Source: Oscillospiraceae bacterium (lineage in GTDB: Bacteria; Bacillota; Clostridia; Oscillospirales; Ruminococcaceae). Taken from it: DNA of 64,000 nt. Every line of letters starts with the position of its first letter. The first letter of the stretch is position 1. The translations under genes were made by a program, and so were the position numbers. This document shows positions 27,005-36,885 of the stretch, piece by piece. The stretch lies in assembly GCA_045578805.1 (NCBI GenBank), contig JAZNKY010000057.1, positions 4,333 to 68,332 of the forward strand, written 5' to 3'. A model generated the notes under the pieces. That model saw only the letters and a program-made list of their open reading frames with translations. It had not been told where the DNA came from and searched no databases.

Positions 27005-29629
27005 TTAAACCGGGAAGCTCTTAACTACACCGATTGTGTACTTCAGGATGTTCAGAGCGTCAGTAGCATCGGGCTTGCCGTTGAGGTCAACGTCAGCATT
27101 GATTGCGCCCTGAGCAGACAGCGGAGAACCTGCCAACAGATTCTTGTTCAGTGTCAGAACGTCAAGAACGTCAACGTCGCCGTCGCAGTCAACGTCACCG
27201 AGGTTAGCCTCTGTAGTGTCGCCGCCGTCGGAACCGTCAGAGAATGTATCCGGCAGAATGTCAGGATACAGCTGAGCCATGGTACCCATAGCCATCAGGA
27301 TGTCGCCAGCGTGCCAGAATCTGTGGTACTGCAGCTCAACTGCGCCAACGTTTGTGAAGTCAGCCAGCTCAGCCTTACCAGCAGCAGAAGAAGCAGAGTT
27401 TGCACCGCTCCAGTTTGCACCAGCAGCTACGTCCTTCTCATAAGCAGCCTTCAGCTCAGCTACGAGATCAATAGCCTCCTGAGTGGTCTTAACACCTGTG
27501 CAGTTGGACTGGCTCTCGTACATAGAACGCAGGCTCAGGAAGGTTGCGCCGCTTGCGATGGAATCGCCGTTCGGCATCTGACCTGTGTAAGAAGACGGAA
27601 CGTGTACAGGCTGAGAGAAGAATCTTGCCAGAGAACCATTGTGATCAGTTCTGGTCAGACCGATGTCATCACGACCGATTTCCCACTGACGATCCAGCAG
27701 GTTTACAGCCAGGTACAGAGCAGTGTTGCCCAGATCAGCGTCATCAGCACTGATGGAGTTGCCGCTGCCGTTTGTAACGCCGTCAACGATACCGGACTTA
27801 GCCTCGGAACCGATAGCGTCTACCTTTGCATTTGCCAGAGCGGACTCAGCAGTTACGCCCTTAGCCTTTGCATAGTAGATCAGAGTGTTAGCCAGAGAGG
27901 AAACACAACCGAAGTCAGTGTTGCCGTAACCGGTAACTGTGCATGTCAGACCGGAGTTGCCAGGTGCAGAACCGCTCCACTCCTCAGGCTGACCGCTCCA
28001 ATCGAGGTTGGACGGAATGTAGAAGTCGCCGTCTTCAGTCAGAACGGAGTTGTTTACGAACCAAGCTACCCACTTGTCGAGCATCTGCTCCAGAGCAGCT
28101 TCCAGAGTTACGCCGCCGGGCTTAACGCCTGTGGTGTCGCCCTGTTCGCCAGCTGTGATCCAGTAGTACAGCTCTGCCAGACGCTGAGTGGACCATACCT
28201 GGTTACCGATCCAGTGGTTGGAACCCGGGTCAGCATATACAGGATGCTCAGTGTAAACCATGCCGTAGAATGTGGATGCGCCGGACGGATAAGCCTCATA
28301 ACGACCCTTATAGGAGTTGGTAGCACCGCCTGCGAACGGACCGTTAGCAGACTGCAGCCACTGATAGAACTCGATCTGTCTTTCGAGAGATGTTGTATAG
28401 TCCTGAACGGCATTCTGTGCCTTCATGCCGGACTTCAGGTCGGAATCCTGGATCAGAGCGTAAGCTGCCAGCGGGTTCTGATAGAACTGATGAGCGTGAG
28501 AGCAGCCGATCTGCCATACCCAGTTCTGACCGGAGGATGCCAGAGCACCGCCCCAGGATGTGTACCAGTTCATCAGGTAGTGTGCACTTGCATATGTGCC
28601 TGTGCCGCCTGCCTCACTGCCGCCTGTTGCACTGCCGTTTGTCCAGGAAGTGTTCTTGCCGATTGCCTGATAGTACTTATCGAACATGTTGTTACGCAGT
28701 TCGTCACCCATCATAGCTGCCTTAGTAGTTACGCTGGAATCGCCTACGCCCCAACGGTTAGCATCATAAACAGCCTGAATTGCACGGTCCTCAGCGTCAG
28801 GTGCATTGGTGTATGCATACTGATTTGTAACCTGCTCATCTCTGTTGAAGATACCCTTCATACCTCTGTTAGAGTTACCAGCCTTCTTCTCTTCAATACA
28901 CGGATGCGGAACAGTTTCCCAGCAGGATTCCTGCTCGCCGCGCTGGAAGGTATTGATGAATGTGAAATCTGTGCCGGAGCCGAAGCCGTACCAGTTCTCA
29001 ACGTCTGCCAGCCAGTGCATCAGGTACAGACCCTTCTGACCGGAGTATGCAGATGTGAAGTAGCTGTGGATCGGGTTGGAAGCGGTCTTGTTGGGTTCAG
29101 ATGCCCACTCGTCAGGACACTGATCGGGAGTATCATACTCACCGCAGTACTGCGCACTTACAGAGCCGCCCCAGAAGTTGTCCTGTACAGTCGGGATCAT
29201 GTACTCCATGGTTGCCCATGCCTTAGCCAGATCGTTTGTGTTCTGTACGGAACCAGTGGAAACCTGATCTGCATGGTTCTGTGCAATGTTATCTCTCATT
29301 GCAGCTACCCATACCAGGTAGGACATAGCCTCGGAAGTTGTCTCATGACCATAGTCAGGAGCCTCGATGATTACTTCCTCTACTGCGTGGAACGGAATAC
29401 CAAATGCGTTGCCGGAAGCACCGTTCTGGCTCAGGTAACCATTCTCAACACCGTTTGTTACAACATCATCATACAGGGACAGAAAACGCGCTGCATATGT
29501 GTCGTCACCGAAAGCTTCTGCCTTCGTTCTTGTGCCTGCTGCGGATGCAACAGTTGCTACCATTGCGTTTGTAGCCATCGCTGCGGACAGTACAGCTGCA
29601 ACAACAGCCTTGCTCTTCTTAAAAAGCAT
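27005..29629 (-). CDS. Glycoside hydrolase family 48 cellulase (exoglucanase) with C-terminal dockerin
   Basis: Signal peptide; GH48 block IIEAPDYGHETTSEAMSYLVWVAAM and overall 800-aa catalytic module; C-terminal dockerin. Confidence 0.93.
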   Translation of the reverse strand: MLFKKSKAVVAAVLSAAMATNAMVATVASAAGTRTKAEAFGDDTYAARFLSLYDDVVTNGVENGYLSQNGASGNAFGIPFHAVEEVIIEAPDYGHETTSEAMSYLVWVAAMRDNIAQNHADQVSTGSVQNTNDLAKAWATMEYMIPTVQDNFWGGSVSAQYCGEYDTPDQCPDEWASEPNKTASNPIHSYFTSAYSGQKGLYLMHWLADVENWYGFGSGTDFTFINTFQRGEQESCWETVPHPCIEEKKAGNSNRGMKGIFNRDEQVTNQYAYTNAPDAEDRAIQAVYDANRWGVGDSSVTTKAAMMGDELRNNMFDKYYQAIGKNTSWTNGSATGGSEAGGTGTYASAHYLMNWYTSWGGALASSGQNWVWQIGCSHAHQFYQNPLAAYALIQDSDLKSGMKAQNAVQDYTTSLERQIEFYQWLQSANGPFAGGATNSYKGRYEAYPSGASTFYGMVYTEHPVYADPGSNHWIGNQVWSTQRLAELYYWITAGEQGDTTGVKPGGVTLEAALEQMLDKWVAWFVNNSVLTEDGDFYIPSNLDWSGQPEEWSGSAPGNSGLTCTVTGYGNTDFGCVSSLANTLIYYAKAKGVTAESALANAKVDAIGSEAKSGIVDGVTNGSGNSISADDADLGNTALYLAVNLLDRQWEIGRDDIGLTRTDHNGSLARFFSQPVHVPSSYTGQMPNGDSIASGATFLSLRSMYESQSNCTGVKTTQEAIDLVAELKAAYEKDVAAGANWSGANSASSAAGKAELADFTNVGAVELQYHRFWHAGDILMAMGTMAQLYPDILPDTFSDGSDGGDTTEANLGDVDCDGDVDVLDVLTLNKNLLAGSPLSAQGAINADVDLNGKPDATDALNILKYTIGVVKSFPV
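27008..27202 (-). other. Type I dockerin module of GH48
   Basis: GDVDCDGDVDVLDVLTLNK ... DVDLNGKPDATDALNILK duplicated Ca-binding repeats. Confidence 0.85.
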
Positions 29630-29795
29630 TGAAATTTCCCCTCTCGTAAAATATTTGGGCTTGCGCCCGACTTGGATTTTGGGATTTCTCCCCCTTTTTT
29701 CAAAACGATGGCGACCGGCAGTTGGTCACAGCACCGCGTTGAACAAATGCACGAATAGCCGTATGGATATACGACTGCCCAACATTTTCATATTT

Positions 29796-29824
29796 ATTAT
29801 ATCTGATAACATTTTTTTTGTCAA
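29796..29824 (-). promoter_or_regulatory. Perfect-consensus sigma-70 promoter for the GH48 gene
   Basis: Minus strand TTGACA (29819-29824), 17 nt, TATAAT (29796-29801). Implies a 5' UTR of roughly 160 nt. Confidence 0.6.
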
Positions 29825-30283
29825 GGCTTTACAGAAAATCTCGGCTTCCTTTTTCCTTTTTTCGTCATTTGATACATACTCACATATCGCTTTTTGGTAA
29901 TTCTGACGAAGAAATTATTTACATTTCACCATAATCCTTTCCGTTTTTCAACAAATCTACTGTAAATACTCACACTTTTCTCACAGTTCTCGTGTATCAT
30001 GTCAATGGTTTACAAGAATATTCTGTGTCAGCGATATGTACCGTTGGTGAAATGCAACAATTTCCATTCTGACTGTGCCGGCGGATGAAAATTGAATATT
30101 TCTATTTTCCGCAGTAAGATCTGCGCATCTGTTTTTTCGCCGTCCATCCGTTGTTTTTGGATATTTTGCACATCTTTTAACTGTATATACATAATTTAGA
30201 CATACCGTGTTCATCGTTTTATGTCATAATTATAATGTGTGTCCATGCATTGGATACATGGATTTCTGGAAAGGAGATTTGAT

Positions 30284-31303
30284 ATGGTTGAAATCAAAAA
30301 TCTGACAAAGTATTATGGTAGCAATCCCGCTGTGCGCGGCATAGATTTTGAGATCCGTGATAATGAGATACTTGGTTTTCTCGGTCCGAACGGTGCCGGA
30401 AAATCCACCACAATGAATATCATTGCGGGCTATCTTCCCTCCACGGGCGGCACGGTTACTGTAAACGGCTTTGACATCACGGAGCAGGCAGCGGATGCGA
30501 AGAAGTGCATCGGCTATCTGCCGGAGATCCCGCCTGTGTATCCGGATATGCGGGTGGAGGAGTATCTGAAATTCGTTGCCGGTCTGAAGGGCGTGAAGCG
30601 TTCGGAACGCAAGGCGCAGGTGGAATCTGCAATGGAGCGTCTGCGCATTACGGATATGCGGCGCAGGCTGATCCGTAATCTGTCCAAGGGCTACAAGCAG
30701 CGTGTGGGCTTTGCACAGGCTCTGCTGGGCAATCCGAAGATCCTGATCCTGGACGAGCCGACTGTAGGTCTTGACCCGTCGCAGGTGATCGAGGTGCGGA
30801 ATCTGATCCTGGATCTGAAAAAGGATCATTCCATTATTTTCAGCTCCCACATTCTGGCGGAGGTCAGTGCAGTCTGTGAGCGCGTGGTTATCATCAACAA
30901 GGGTGAGATCATGGCAATCGACACGATCGAGAATCTGGAAAAGAGCATGACTGCAAGCACCATCCTCAACCTGAAAGCCGAGGGGGACAAGGACAAGGTC
31001 GTCCGCCTGCTCAAGGATGTACGCGGCGTGACGGGCATTACGGACATTACCTATGTCAGCAGCGGTCTCTATACATATAAAGTGGAGATCAAGGACGAAA
31101 GCGTGCGCAAGGATATTCTCTCCGTTCTGCTCAACAATGACTGCAATGTCGTGGAGATCACGATGGCGAAGCTCAGTCTGGAGCAGGTATTCCTGAAGCT
31201 GACAGAGCAGGGACAGAAGCGGACAAGCCTGATGGATCTGCTGAGTGAGGACACTGCTGCTGCACCGGCATCCGACAATCCCTATGACAACGAGGAGGCG
31301 TAA
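30284..31303 (+). CDS. ABC transporter ATP-binding protein (ABC-2/GldA-like)
   Basis: Walker A GPNGAGKST, signature LSKGYKQR, Walker B ILILDEP. ATG 30284 after GGAAAGGAG. Confidence 0.92.
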   Translation: MVEIKNLTKYYGSNPAVRGIDFEIRDNEILGFLGPNGAGKSTTMNIIAGYLPSTGGTVTVNGFDITEQAADAKKCIGYLPEIPPVYPDMRVEEYLKFVAGLKGVKRSERKAQVESAMERLRITDMRRRLIRNLSKGYKQRVGFAQALLGNPKILILDEPTVGLDPSQVIEVRNLILDLKKDHSIIFSSHILAEVSAVCERVVIINKGEIMAIDTIENLEKSMTASTILNLKAEGDKDKVVRLLKDVRGVTGITDITYVSSGLYTYKVEIKDESVRKDILSVLLNNDCNVVEITMAKLSLEQVFLKLTEQGQKRTSLMDLLSEDTAAAPASDNPYDNEEA

Positions 31304-31305
31304 CC

Positions 31306-32037
31306 ATGTTTGCACTTTATAAAAAGGAACTTCAGTCGTTTTTCTTTTCGCCGTTTGCCTATGTGCTGGCTGCGCTGTTTATGCTGATCTTCTCGCTTGG
31401 ATTTGTCACCTCCATTGCATCCATGGACAGCTCCACACTGAAGTTTTCCTTCTCCAACATTTTTTACAACGATTTCTTTTATTTCATCTTCCTGATCCCG
31501 ATCCTGACCATGCGTTCCTTTGCGGATGAACGCCGCGGCGGCACGGAGGTGCTGCTGCTCTCGAGTCCGCTGAGTGTGTTCAAGATCGTGATGGCAAAAT
31601 TCCTGGCGATCGCTACGGTTTTTGTATTCATGATGGTATGTACGCTGTTCTTTGCGGTCGTTACAGCGATCAAGGGTGAGGTCATGTGGTCCTCCCTGAT
31701 CTGTACCTATATCGGCTTCTTCCTGTGGGGTCTGGCATGTATCGCTCTGGGTATGCTGTTCTCCGCAGTGAGCGAGAATGCGATCATTGCCGCTGTACTT
31801 GGTGAGATCGTTATGGAGGGGCTGCTGTTCCTGGATTCGTTCGCGGCTACTGCGCTGGTGGAATCCTATCCGAAGCTCAACAGTGTTGTGACCTGGTTCT
31901 CCATGCAGCGCAGATTCGTATTCTTCTCGCAGGGTATGTTCCGCCTGGAGGATCTGATCTTCTTCCTTTCTGCGATCGCGGTCGTACTGGCATGGATCAC
32001 CATTGCGATTGAAAAACGCCGCTGGACCAGAAGCTGA
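31306..32037 (+). CDS. ABC-2 type transporter permease (GldF-like)
   Basis: 243 aa, six hydrophobic segments, 2 nt after the ATPase gene. Confidence 0.8.
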   Translation: MFALYKKELQSFFFSPFAYVLAALFMLIFSLGFVTSIASMDSSTLKFSFSNIFYNDFFYFIFLIPILTMRSFADERRGGTEVLLLSSPLSVFKIVMAKFLAIATVFVFMMVCTLFFAVVTAIKGEVMWSSLICTYIGFFLWGLACIALGMLFSAVSENAIIAAVLGEIVMEGLLFLDSFAATALVESYPKLNSVVTWFSMQRRFVFFSQGMFRLEDLIFFLSAIAVVLAWITIAIEKRRWTRS

Positions 32038-32067
32038 TGCTGCAAAATGACTGAGAGGGGCTAACTT

Positions 32068-33594
32068 ATGGAAAATAATGTGAAACAAAGCAAAAAGCGC
32101 AAGACCAGGAAGTTTACTGCCTATGCTACATTGCTGACGGTTCTGGTGCTTGCAGCGGCGATCCCGCTGAATCTGCTGGCGAGCCGCCTGGATGTGATCT
32201 GGGACATGACACCTGCCAATCTGTACAAGCTGTCCAAGACCACGACCGATTATCTTGATGAGCTGGAGGCATCCGGCGAGCAGGTGGATTTCTACTTCCT
32301 GATGGATATGGATTATCTTTCCACCGATGATGACAGCATGGCTCTGTACTATTCACTGGATCAGTATCGTTCCTATGACTGCATCAATTTTGTCGATTTC
32401 GATCCGAACAGCGAGCCGGCGATCATCGAGGAGATCAATCCCACCGGAGAGCTTGCACTGACAACGGGTGATATGGTCATCCGTAAGGGGGAAAATGTTA
32501 AGCATATCCCCGGCAAGAGCATGTTCAAGTATGAGGTTGAGACCAATGAGGATGGCGAGAGCGTGGTGCAGGCTGCGTACTTCACCGGCGAGAACTATAT
32601 TACCGGTGCGATTGACGCAGTTGTCAGCGGACGTAATTCCAGCGTGTACTTCCTGACGGGTCACGGTGAGAAATCCCTGTATGATGACTACACCAAATTC
32701 CGCACCAATCTGATCAAGAGAAACTATACACCGCAGGAGCTGAACCTGAACTCCTCCCCTTCTGTGCCGGAGGATGCTTCCCTTATTATCATCGCAGCTC
32801 CGCAGATCGACCTGAGCAATGACGAAGCGCGCAAGCTGAATGAATACCTCGACAACGGCGGCAATGTGGCATTCCTGATGTCTCCGAACGAGGATGATGT
32901 GGTGTACAAGAACATCGAATCCATCCTGGAGGATTTCGGCATCGGCATGGACTATGATATTGTGGCTGAGACCGATCCTGATCTCTATGTCGGTGATCCC
33001 TATCTGTACCAGGTAAGCGTTGTGGCTTCCGATACGGAATACAGTACGCATCTGACGGATGAGCTGATCGAGATGACGCATGACAATATCGTTCCCTTTA
33101 TGCAGAACAGCCGCAGCTTCTACAAGTACATGGGCAGTGAGGACCAGACGCTGCAGATCGAATCTCTGCTCCAGACGGTTTCCTCCATGGATGAGCTTGG
33201 AAACGAGACTTCCACTGCCATCGGCGAACCCTGCGGCGGCGGAGAGACAGAGGAGATCTCCGGTATTCCGCTGGATCTGGCGATGTACTCCATGAGTCCT
33301 GCCAGAAATGATGCGAAGATCCTGGTATTCGGCAATGCAGAGTTCATTGATGACGTGCATGTACTGGAGGACTTCATGATCATTCCGGTTGACACGATGC
33401 TTGCCACCATCACCTGGATGCATAACAGCAATCTGGATATGGATATGGGCATTGATGAAAAGGCAAAGGACTATGACTACATGAATCTCAATTCTGAAAG
33501 CGAAGCGATCGGAACGAGCGTACTCTTTATTGTGGTGCCGTTCGTGGTTGCACTGATCGGTGCAGGCGTATGGCTGGGAAGGAGATATTCATGA
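32068..33594 (+). CDS. GldG-like ABC-transporter-associated protein
   Basis: 508 aa with N- and C-terminal TM anchors around a large extracytoplasmic domain. Fixed position after ABC-2 ATPase/permease, as in GldA-GldF-GldG sets (remembered architecture; no discrete motif). Confidence 0.65.
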   Translation: MENNVKQSKKRKTRKFTAYATLLTVLVLAAAIPLNLLASRLDVIWDMTPANLYKLSKTTTDYLDELEASGEQVDFYFLMDMDYLSTDDDSMALYYSLDQYRSYDCINFVDFDPNSEPAIIEEINPTGELALTTGDMVIRKGENVKHIPGKSMFKYEVETNEDGESVVQAAYFTGENYITGAIDAVVSGRNSSVYFLTGHGEKSLYDDYTKFRTNLIKRNYTPQELNLNSSPSVPEDASLIIIAAPQIDLSNDEARKLNEYLDNGGNVAFLMSPNEDDVVYKNIESILEDFGIGMDYDIVAETDPDLYVGDPYLYQVSVVASDTEYSTHLTDELIEMTHDNIVPFMQNSRSFYKYMGSEDQTLQIESLLQTVSSMDELGNETSTAIGEPCGGGETEEISGIPLDLAMYSMSPARNDAKILVFGNAEFIDDVHVLEDFMIIPVDTMLATITWMHNSNLDMDMGIDEKAKDYDYMNLNSESEAIGTSVLFIVVPFVVALIGAGVWLGRRYS

Positions 33595-35000
33595 GTTCCA
33601 AGCAGATGAAACGTATGGTCGTGATCCTGGTGGTGCTGCTGCTGTTTGCAGCAGCGGGCTATCTGATCACGGATGCCGTACTGACCAAAAAGGAACAGGA
33701 AGCTGCCGAGGAAGAAGCTTCGATGCATCTGTTCAGCTTCGATCCCAATTCGATCGACACAGTGACACTGGACACCAAGGAGGGTTTCTTCCGGATGGAG
33801 ATGGTGGACAGTGCATGGGCGATGACAGAAATGGATTATCCCTATGATTTTGTACTGAATACGGCGTATGTATCCGTTGTCTGCTCCTATCTTTCCGAGC
33901 TGACTGCACTGACCAAATTTGAGAGCGAGGATGCAGCACTTGCAGACTATGGTCTGGAGGATCCCGTTGTACTGACCTGCAGTGCAGGGGATACGGACTA
34001 TGTTCTCCATGTCGGCAATGCGACACCGACGCAGGAATACTTCTATGTGATGGTACCTGGCAATGATACGGTATACGGCGTGGATTTCCAGTATGGCAGT
34101 CTGTTCTACGGTGATACCACCTATCTGAAAAGCCCGTACATGCTGAACTACCTTGATGTGGACATTGCAGAGCTGAAGCTGGAGCGTGAGGGCGAAGTCG
34201 TGTATGACCTTGTGCAGGACGACAGCGGCTGGCGCATGGAGGCTCCGCTGAAGGACGGCAACATCAATGCGGCACAGGTCAACTCCCTGGTAACGGCTCT
34301 TGTGCGTATGGAAGTGGAGAGCTTTGTCGGACTGACCGCTGAGGGCTATGATCCGGCGGATTACGGTCTGGAGGATCCTTTTGCAACACTTACCGTCAAA
34401 GCGTATGACGGCAGAGAAACCATCATTGACTTTGCGGAATACAATATCAATAATGGTATCATTCATATGTTCTACCGCAACGAGCAGGAAATTGCTTCCA
34501 TGGCAACAACTACAGCAAACTTCGTCAATACGGAGCTTTCTGAGCTGCTGATGGAATATGTGATGAAAGTGTCCTATGATGATACGGCATCCCTTGAAGT
34601 TACGGTGGACGATGTGAGCTTCCGTATGGATATGGATGTGACAACGGGAATGCAGAGCTTTGACGGTGTGGATATTGCCGCACTCGGCGGAGACTGCAGC
34701 TCGACCTTCCGGGCATTGTTCGATTCGGTTTCCAATCTGCGTTTTGAGGCAGTAGAACTGGATGCCGAGGTGGATCCCTCCGCAGAGCCTGCAGCGGTCT
34801 TCCGCTATACACTGCATGACGGTACTGTCCGTGAGCTTGCGCTGCTTCCGGCAGACGACAACATCTATTATACATTGGTGGACGGCACCTACTCCGGTAT
34901 GACCGTCAGAAGACGCTCTCTCAGCGGCAGCACCGGTGTTCTTGACTTCCAGGAACGTATGGTGGATGCGATCGCAGAGGCGCAGGAAAGTGCATCATAA
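33591..35000 (+). CDS. DUF4340-like membrane-anchored protein (fourth gene of the Gld-like ABC operon)
   Basis: ATG 33591 after GGAAGGAG, ATGA overlap with the upstream stop. N-terminal TM anchor then repeated beta-rich segments. Family label from remembered co-occurrence with GldG-like genes. Confidence 0.55.
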   Translation: MSSKQMKRMVVILVVLLLFAAAGYLITDAVLTKKEQEAAEEEASMHLFSFDPNSIDTVTLDTKEGFFRMEMVDSAWAMTEMDYPYDFVLNTAYVSVVCSYLSELTALTKFESEDAALADYGLEDPVVLTCSAGDTDYVLHVGNATPTQEYFYVMVPGNDTVYGVDFQYGSLFYGDTTYLKSPYMLNYLDVDIAELKLEREGEVVYDLVQDDSGWRMEAPLKDGNINAAQVNSLVTALVRMEVESFVGLTAEGYDPADYGLEDPFATLTVKAYDGRETIIDFAEYNINNGIIHMFYRNEQEIASMATTTANFVNTELSELLMEYVMKVSYDDTASLEVTVDDVSFRMDMDVTTGMQSFDGVDIAALGGDCSSTFRALFDSVSNLRFEAVELDAEVDPSAEPAAVFRYTLHDGTVRELALLPADDNIYYTLVDGTYSGMTVRRRSLSGSTGVLDFQERMVDAIAEAQESAS

Positions 35001-35014
35001 CGCATAAACAGAAG

Positions 35015-35043
35015 CAGCCCCGCCGGATGGCGGGGCTGTTGTT
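35015..35043. terminator. Hairpin between the convergent DUF4340-like and transketolase genes (possibly bidirectional)
   Basis: CAGCCCCGCC-ggat-GGCGGGGCTG followed by TTGTT on plus; moderately T-rich on the other side. Confidence 0.65.
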
Positions 35044-35056
35044 CCATTTATTTCGT

Positions 35057-36001
35057 TTACTTGCCAAGAACCTTCTTAACTGTTGCCACGATATTGTCCG
35101 CACACAGACCAAATTCCTTGAGCAGCTCCACTGCCGGACCGGAATAGCCGTATACATCATTCACGCCGATCTTGGTGACCGGAACAGGATAGTTCCCGGA
35201 TACGCAGTCAGCTACTGCACTGCCCAGACCGCCGATCACGCTGTGTTCTTCCACAGTCACGATTCTGCCGGTCTCCTTTGCAGCCTTCAGGATCAGTTCC
35301 TCATCCAGCGGCTTGATGGTGTGAATGTTCAGCACTCTTGCATCAATGCCCTCTGCTGCGAGCTTTTCAGCGGCTTCTGCGGCTTCGCCGACCATCAGAC
35401 CGGTTGCCACGATGGTGATATCCTTACCGTCACGGACAGTGATGCCCTTGCCCAGCTCGAACTTGTAGGTTTCCGGATCGTTGAGGATCGGAGCTGCCAG
35501 TCTGCCGAAACGCATGTAGACCGGACCATTGTGCAGGATGGCTGCTTCTACAGCTGCCTTTGCCTCCACATCATCACTCGGAACGATCACAGTCATGCCC
35601 GGAATGGTGCGCATCAGGGCAATGTCCTCGTTGCACTGATGGGTCGCGCCGTCCTCACCAACGGAGATGCCTGCGTGAGTTGCGCCGATCTTTACATTCA
35701 GACCGGGATAACCGATGGAGTTGCGGACGATCTCATAGGCTCTGCCTGCTGCAAACATTGCGAAGGTGCTTGCAAAGGGAACCATGCCGGATGCTGCCAG
35801 ACCTGCTGCCACGCCCATCATGTTCGCTTCTGCAATGCCGCAGTCAAAGAATCTCTCCGGATATGCCTTCTTGAAAATGCCGGTCTTGGTTGCGGCTGCA
35901 AGGTCTGCATCCAGAACCACGAGGTTTTCGTATTTCTCTGCCAGAGCTGTCAGGGCTTCGCCGTAGCTCTCTCTGGTCGCCTTCTTCTTTACATCAGCCA
36001 T
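35057..36001 (-). CDS. Transketolase, C-terminal (pyrimidine-binding) subunit
   Basis: 314 aa split-transketolase subunit (ERFFDCGIAEANMMGVAAGLA block), 2 nt after the N-terminal subunit gene. Confidence 0.93.
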   Translation of the reverse strand: MADVKKKATRESYGEALTALAEKYENLVVLDADLAAATKTGIFKKAYPERFFDCGIAEANMMGVAAGLAASGMVPFASTFAMFAAGRAYEIVRNSIGYPGLNVKIGATHAGISVGEDGATHQCNEDIALMRTIPGMTVIVPSDDVEAKAAVEAAILHNGPVYMRFGRLAAPILNDPETYKFELGKGITVRDGKDITIVATGLMVGEAAEAAEKLAAEGIDARVLNIHTIKPLDEELILKAAKETGRIVTVEEHSVIGGLGSAVADCVSGNYPVPVTKIGVNDVYGYSGPAVELLKEFGLCADNIVATVKKVLGK

Positions 36002-36003
36002 TG

Positions 36004-36843
36004 TTACGCCTCCAATTCTGCCAGCTGCTGGCGGAGTTCTGCCATAGCCTGCTCGTACTGTTCCGCATTCGGTGCGGCACCGTGCCAGCTTACCTGGTTT
36101 TCCATGAAGGAAACGCCCTTGCCCTTCACACTCTTCTGGATGATGGCAACGGGCTTGCCGGTGATGGTTTCTGCCTCGTTGAAGGCACGCTCAATGTCAT
36201 CGAAATCATGCGCATCCATCAGGATCACATGCCAGCCGAAGGCGCGGAACTTCTCGTCGATCGGCTCAGGAGAGCAGACCTCAGTGATCTTGCCGTCGAT
36301 CTGGAGACCGTTGTTGTCCACGATGGCTGTCAGATTGTCCAGCTTGTTGTGTGCTGCAAACATCGCTGCTTCCCAAACCTGACCCTCCTGGATCTCACCG
36401 TCACCGAGGATGGTGTATACACGATAGGGAGCGGACTTCAGCTTGCCGGCAAGTGCCATACCGCAAGCAACGGAAATGCCCTGTCCGAGAGAACCACTGG
36501 ACATGTCCACGCCGGGGATGTGGATGCAGGGATGACCCTGGAGCATTGCACCGATATGGCGCAGATGCGTCAGCTCTTCCTTATCGAAGAAGCCGCGCTC
36601 TGCAAGTGCAGAATACAGTGCGGGGGCAGTGTGTCCCTTGGAGAGCACGAGTCTGTCGCGGTCGTCCATATCGGGATTCTTGGGGTCCACATGCATTTTT
36701 GCAAAATACAGATAGGTCAGCAGGTCGGAAATCGAGAGAGAACCGCCCGGATGACCGGATTTTGCATGGAATGTTCCAGTGAGAACGCCCATGCGGATGC
36801 TGCAGGCTGTTTTCTGCAGATCCTTCTTGATCATTTCGTCCAT
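36004..36843 (-). CDS. Transketolase, N-terminal (thiamine-diphosphate-binding) subunit
   Basis: SGHPGGSLS and GDGEIQEGQVWEA TPP-binding blocks. ATG 36843 follows GGAGGT. Confidence 0.93.
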   Translation of the reverse strand: MDEMIKKDLQKTACSIRMGVLTGTFHAKSGHPGGSLSISDLLTYLYFAKMHVDPKNPDMDDRDRLVLSKGHTAPALYSALAERGFFDKEELTHLRHIGAMLQGHPCIHIPGVDMSSGSLGQGISVACGMALAGKLKSAPYRVYTILGDGEIQEGQVWEAAMFAAHNKLDNLTAIVDNNGLQIDGKITEVCSPEPIDEKFRAFGWHVILMDAHDFDDIERAFNEAETITGKPVAIIQKSVKGKGVSFMENQVSWHGAAPNAEQYEQAMAELRQQLAELEA

Positions 36844-36885
36844 GAGTATTACCTCCATTATTCTAAACGGCTCACCGTCATGCGG

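Noticed and set aside
30002-30214. 70-aa ORF in the GH48/ABC divergent spacer, a possible small regulator.
   Set aside because: No RBS; Arg/Cys/Asn-rich translation; AT-rich region where random ORFs of this size are expected. No motif recognised.
30205-30245. AT-rich segment TTTATGTCATAATTATAATGTG vaguely resembling a dif/Xer recombination site.
   Set aside because: Only about 7 of 11 matches to the XerD-arm consensus as I remember it, with no convincing XerC arm or 6-nt central spacing. It also overlaps a plausible -10 box of the ABC operon.
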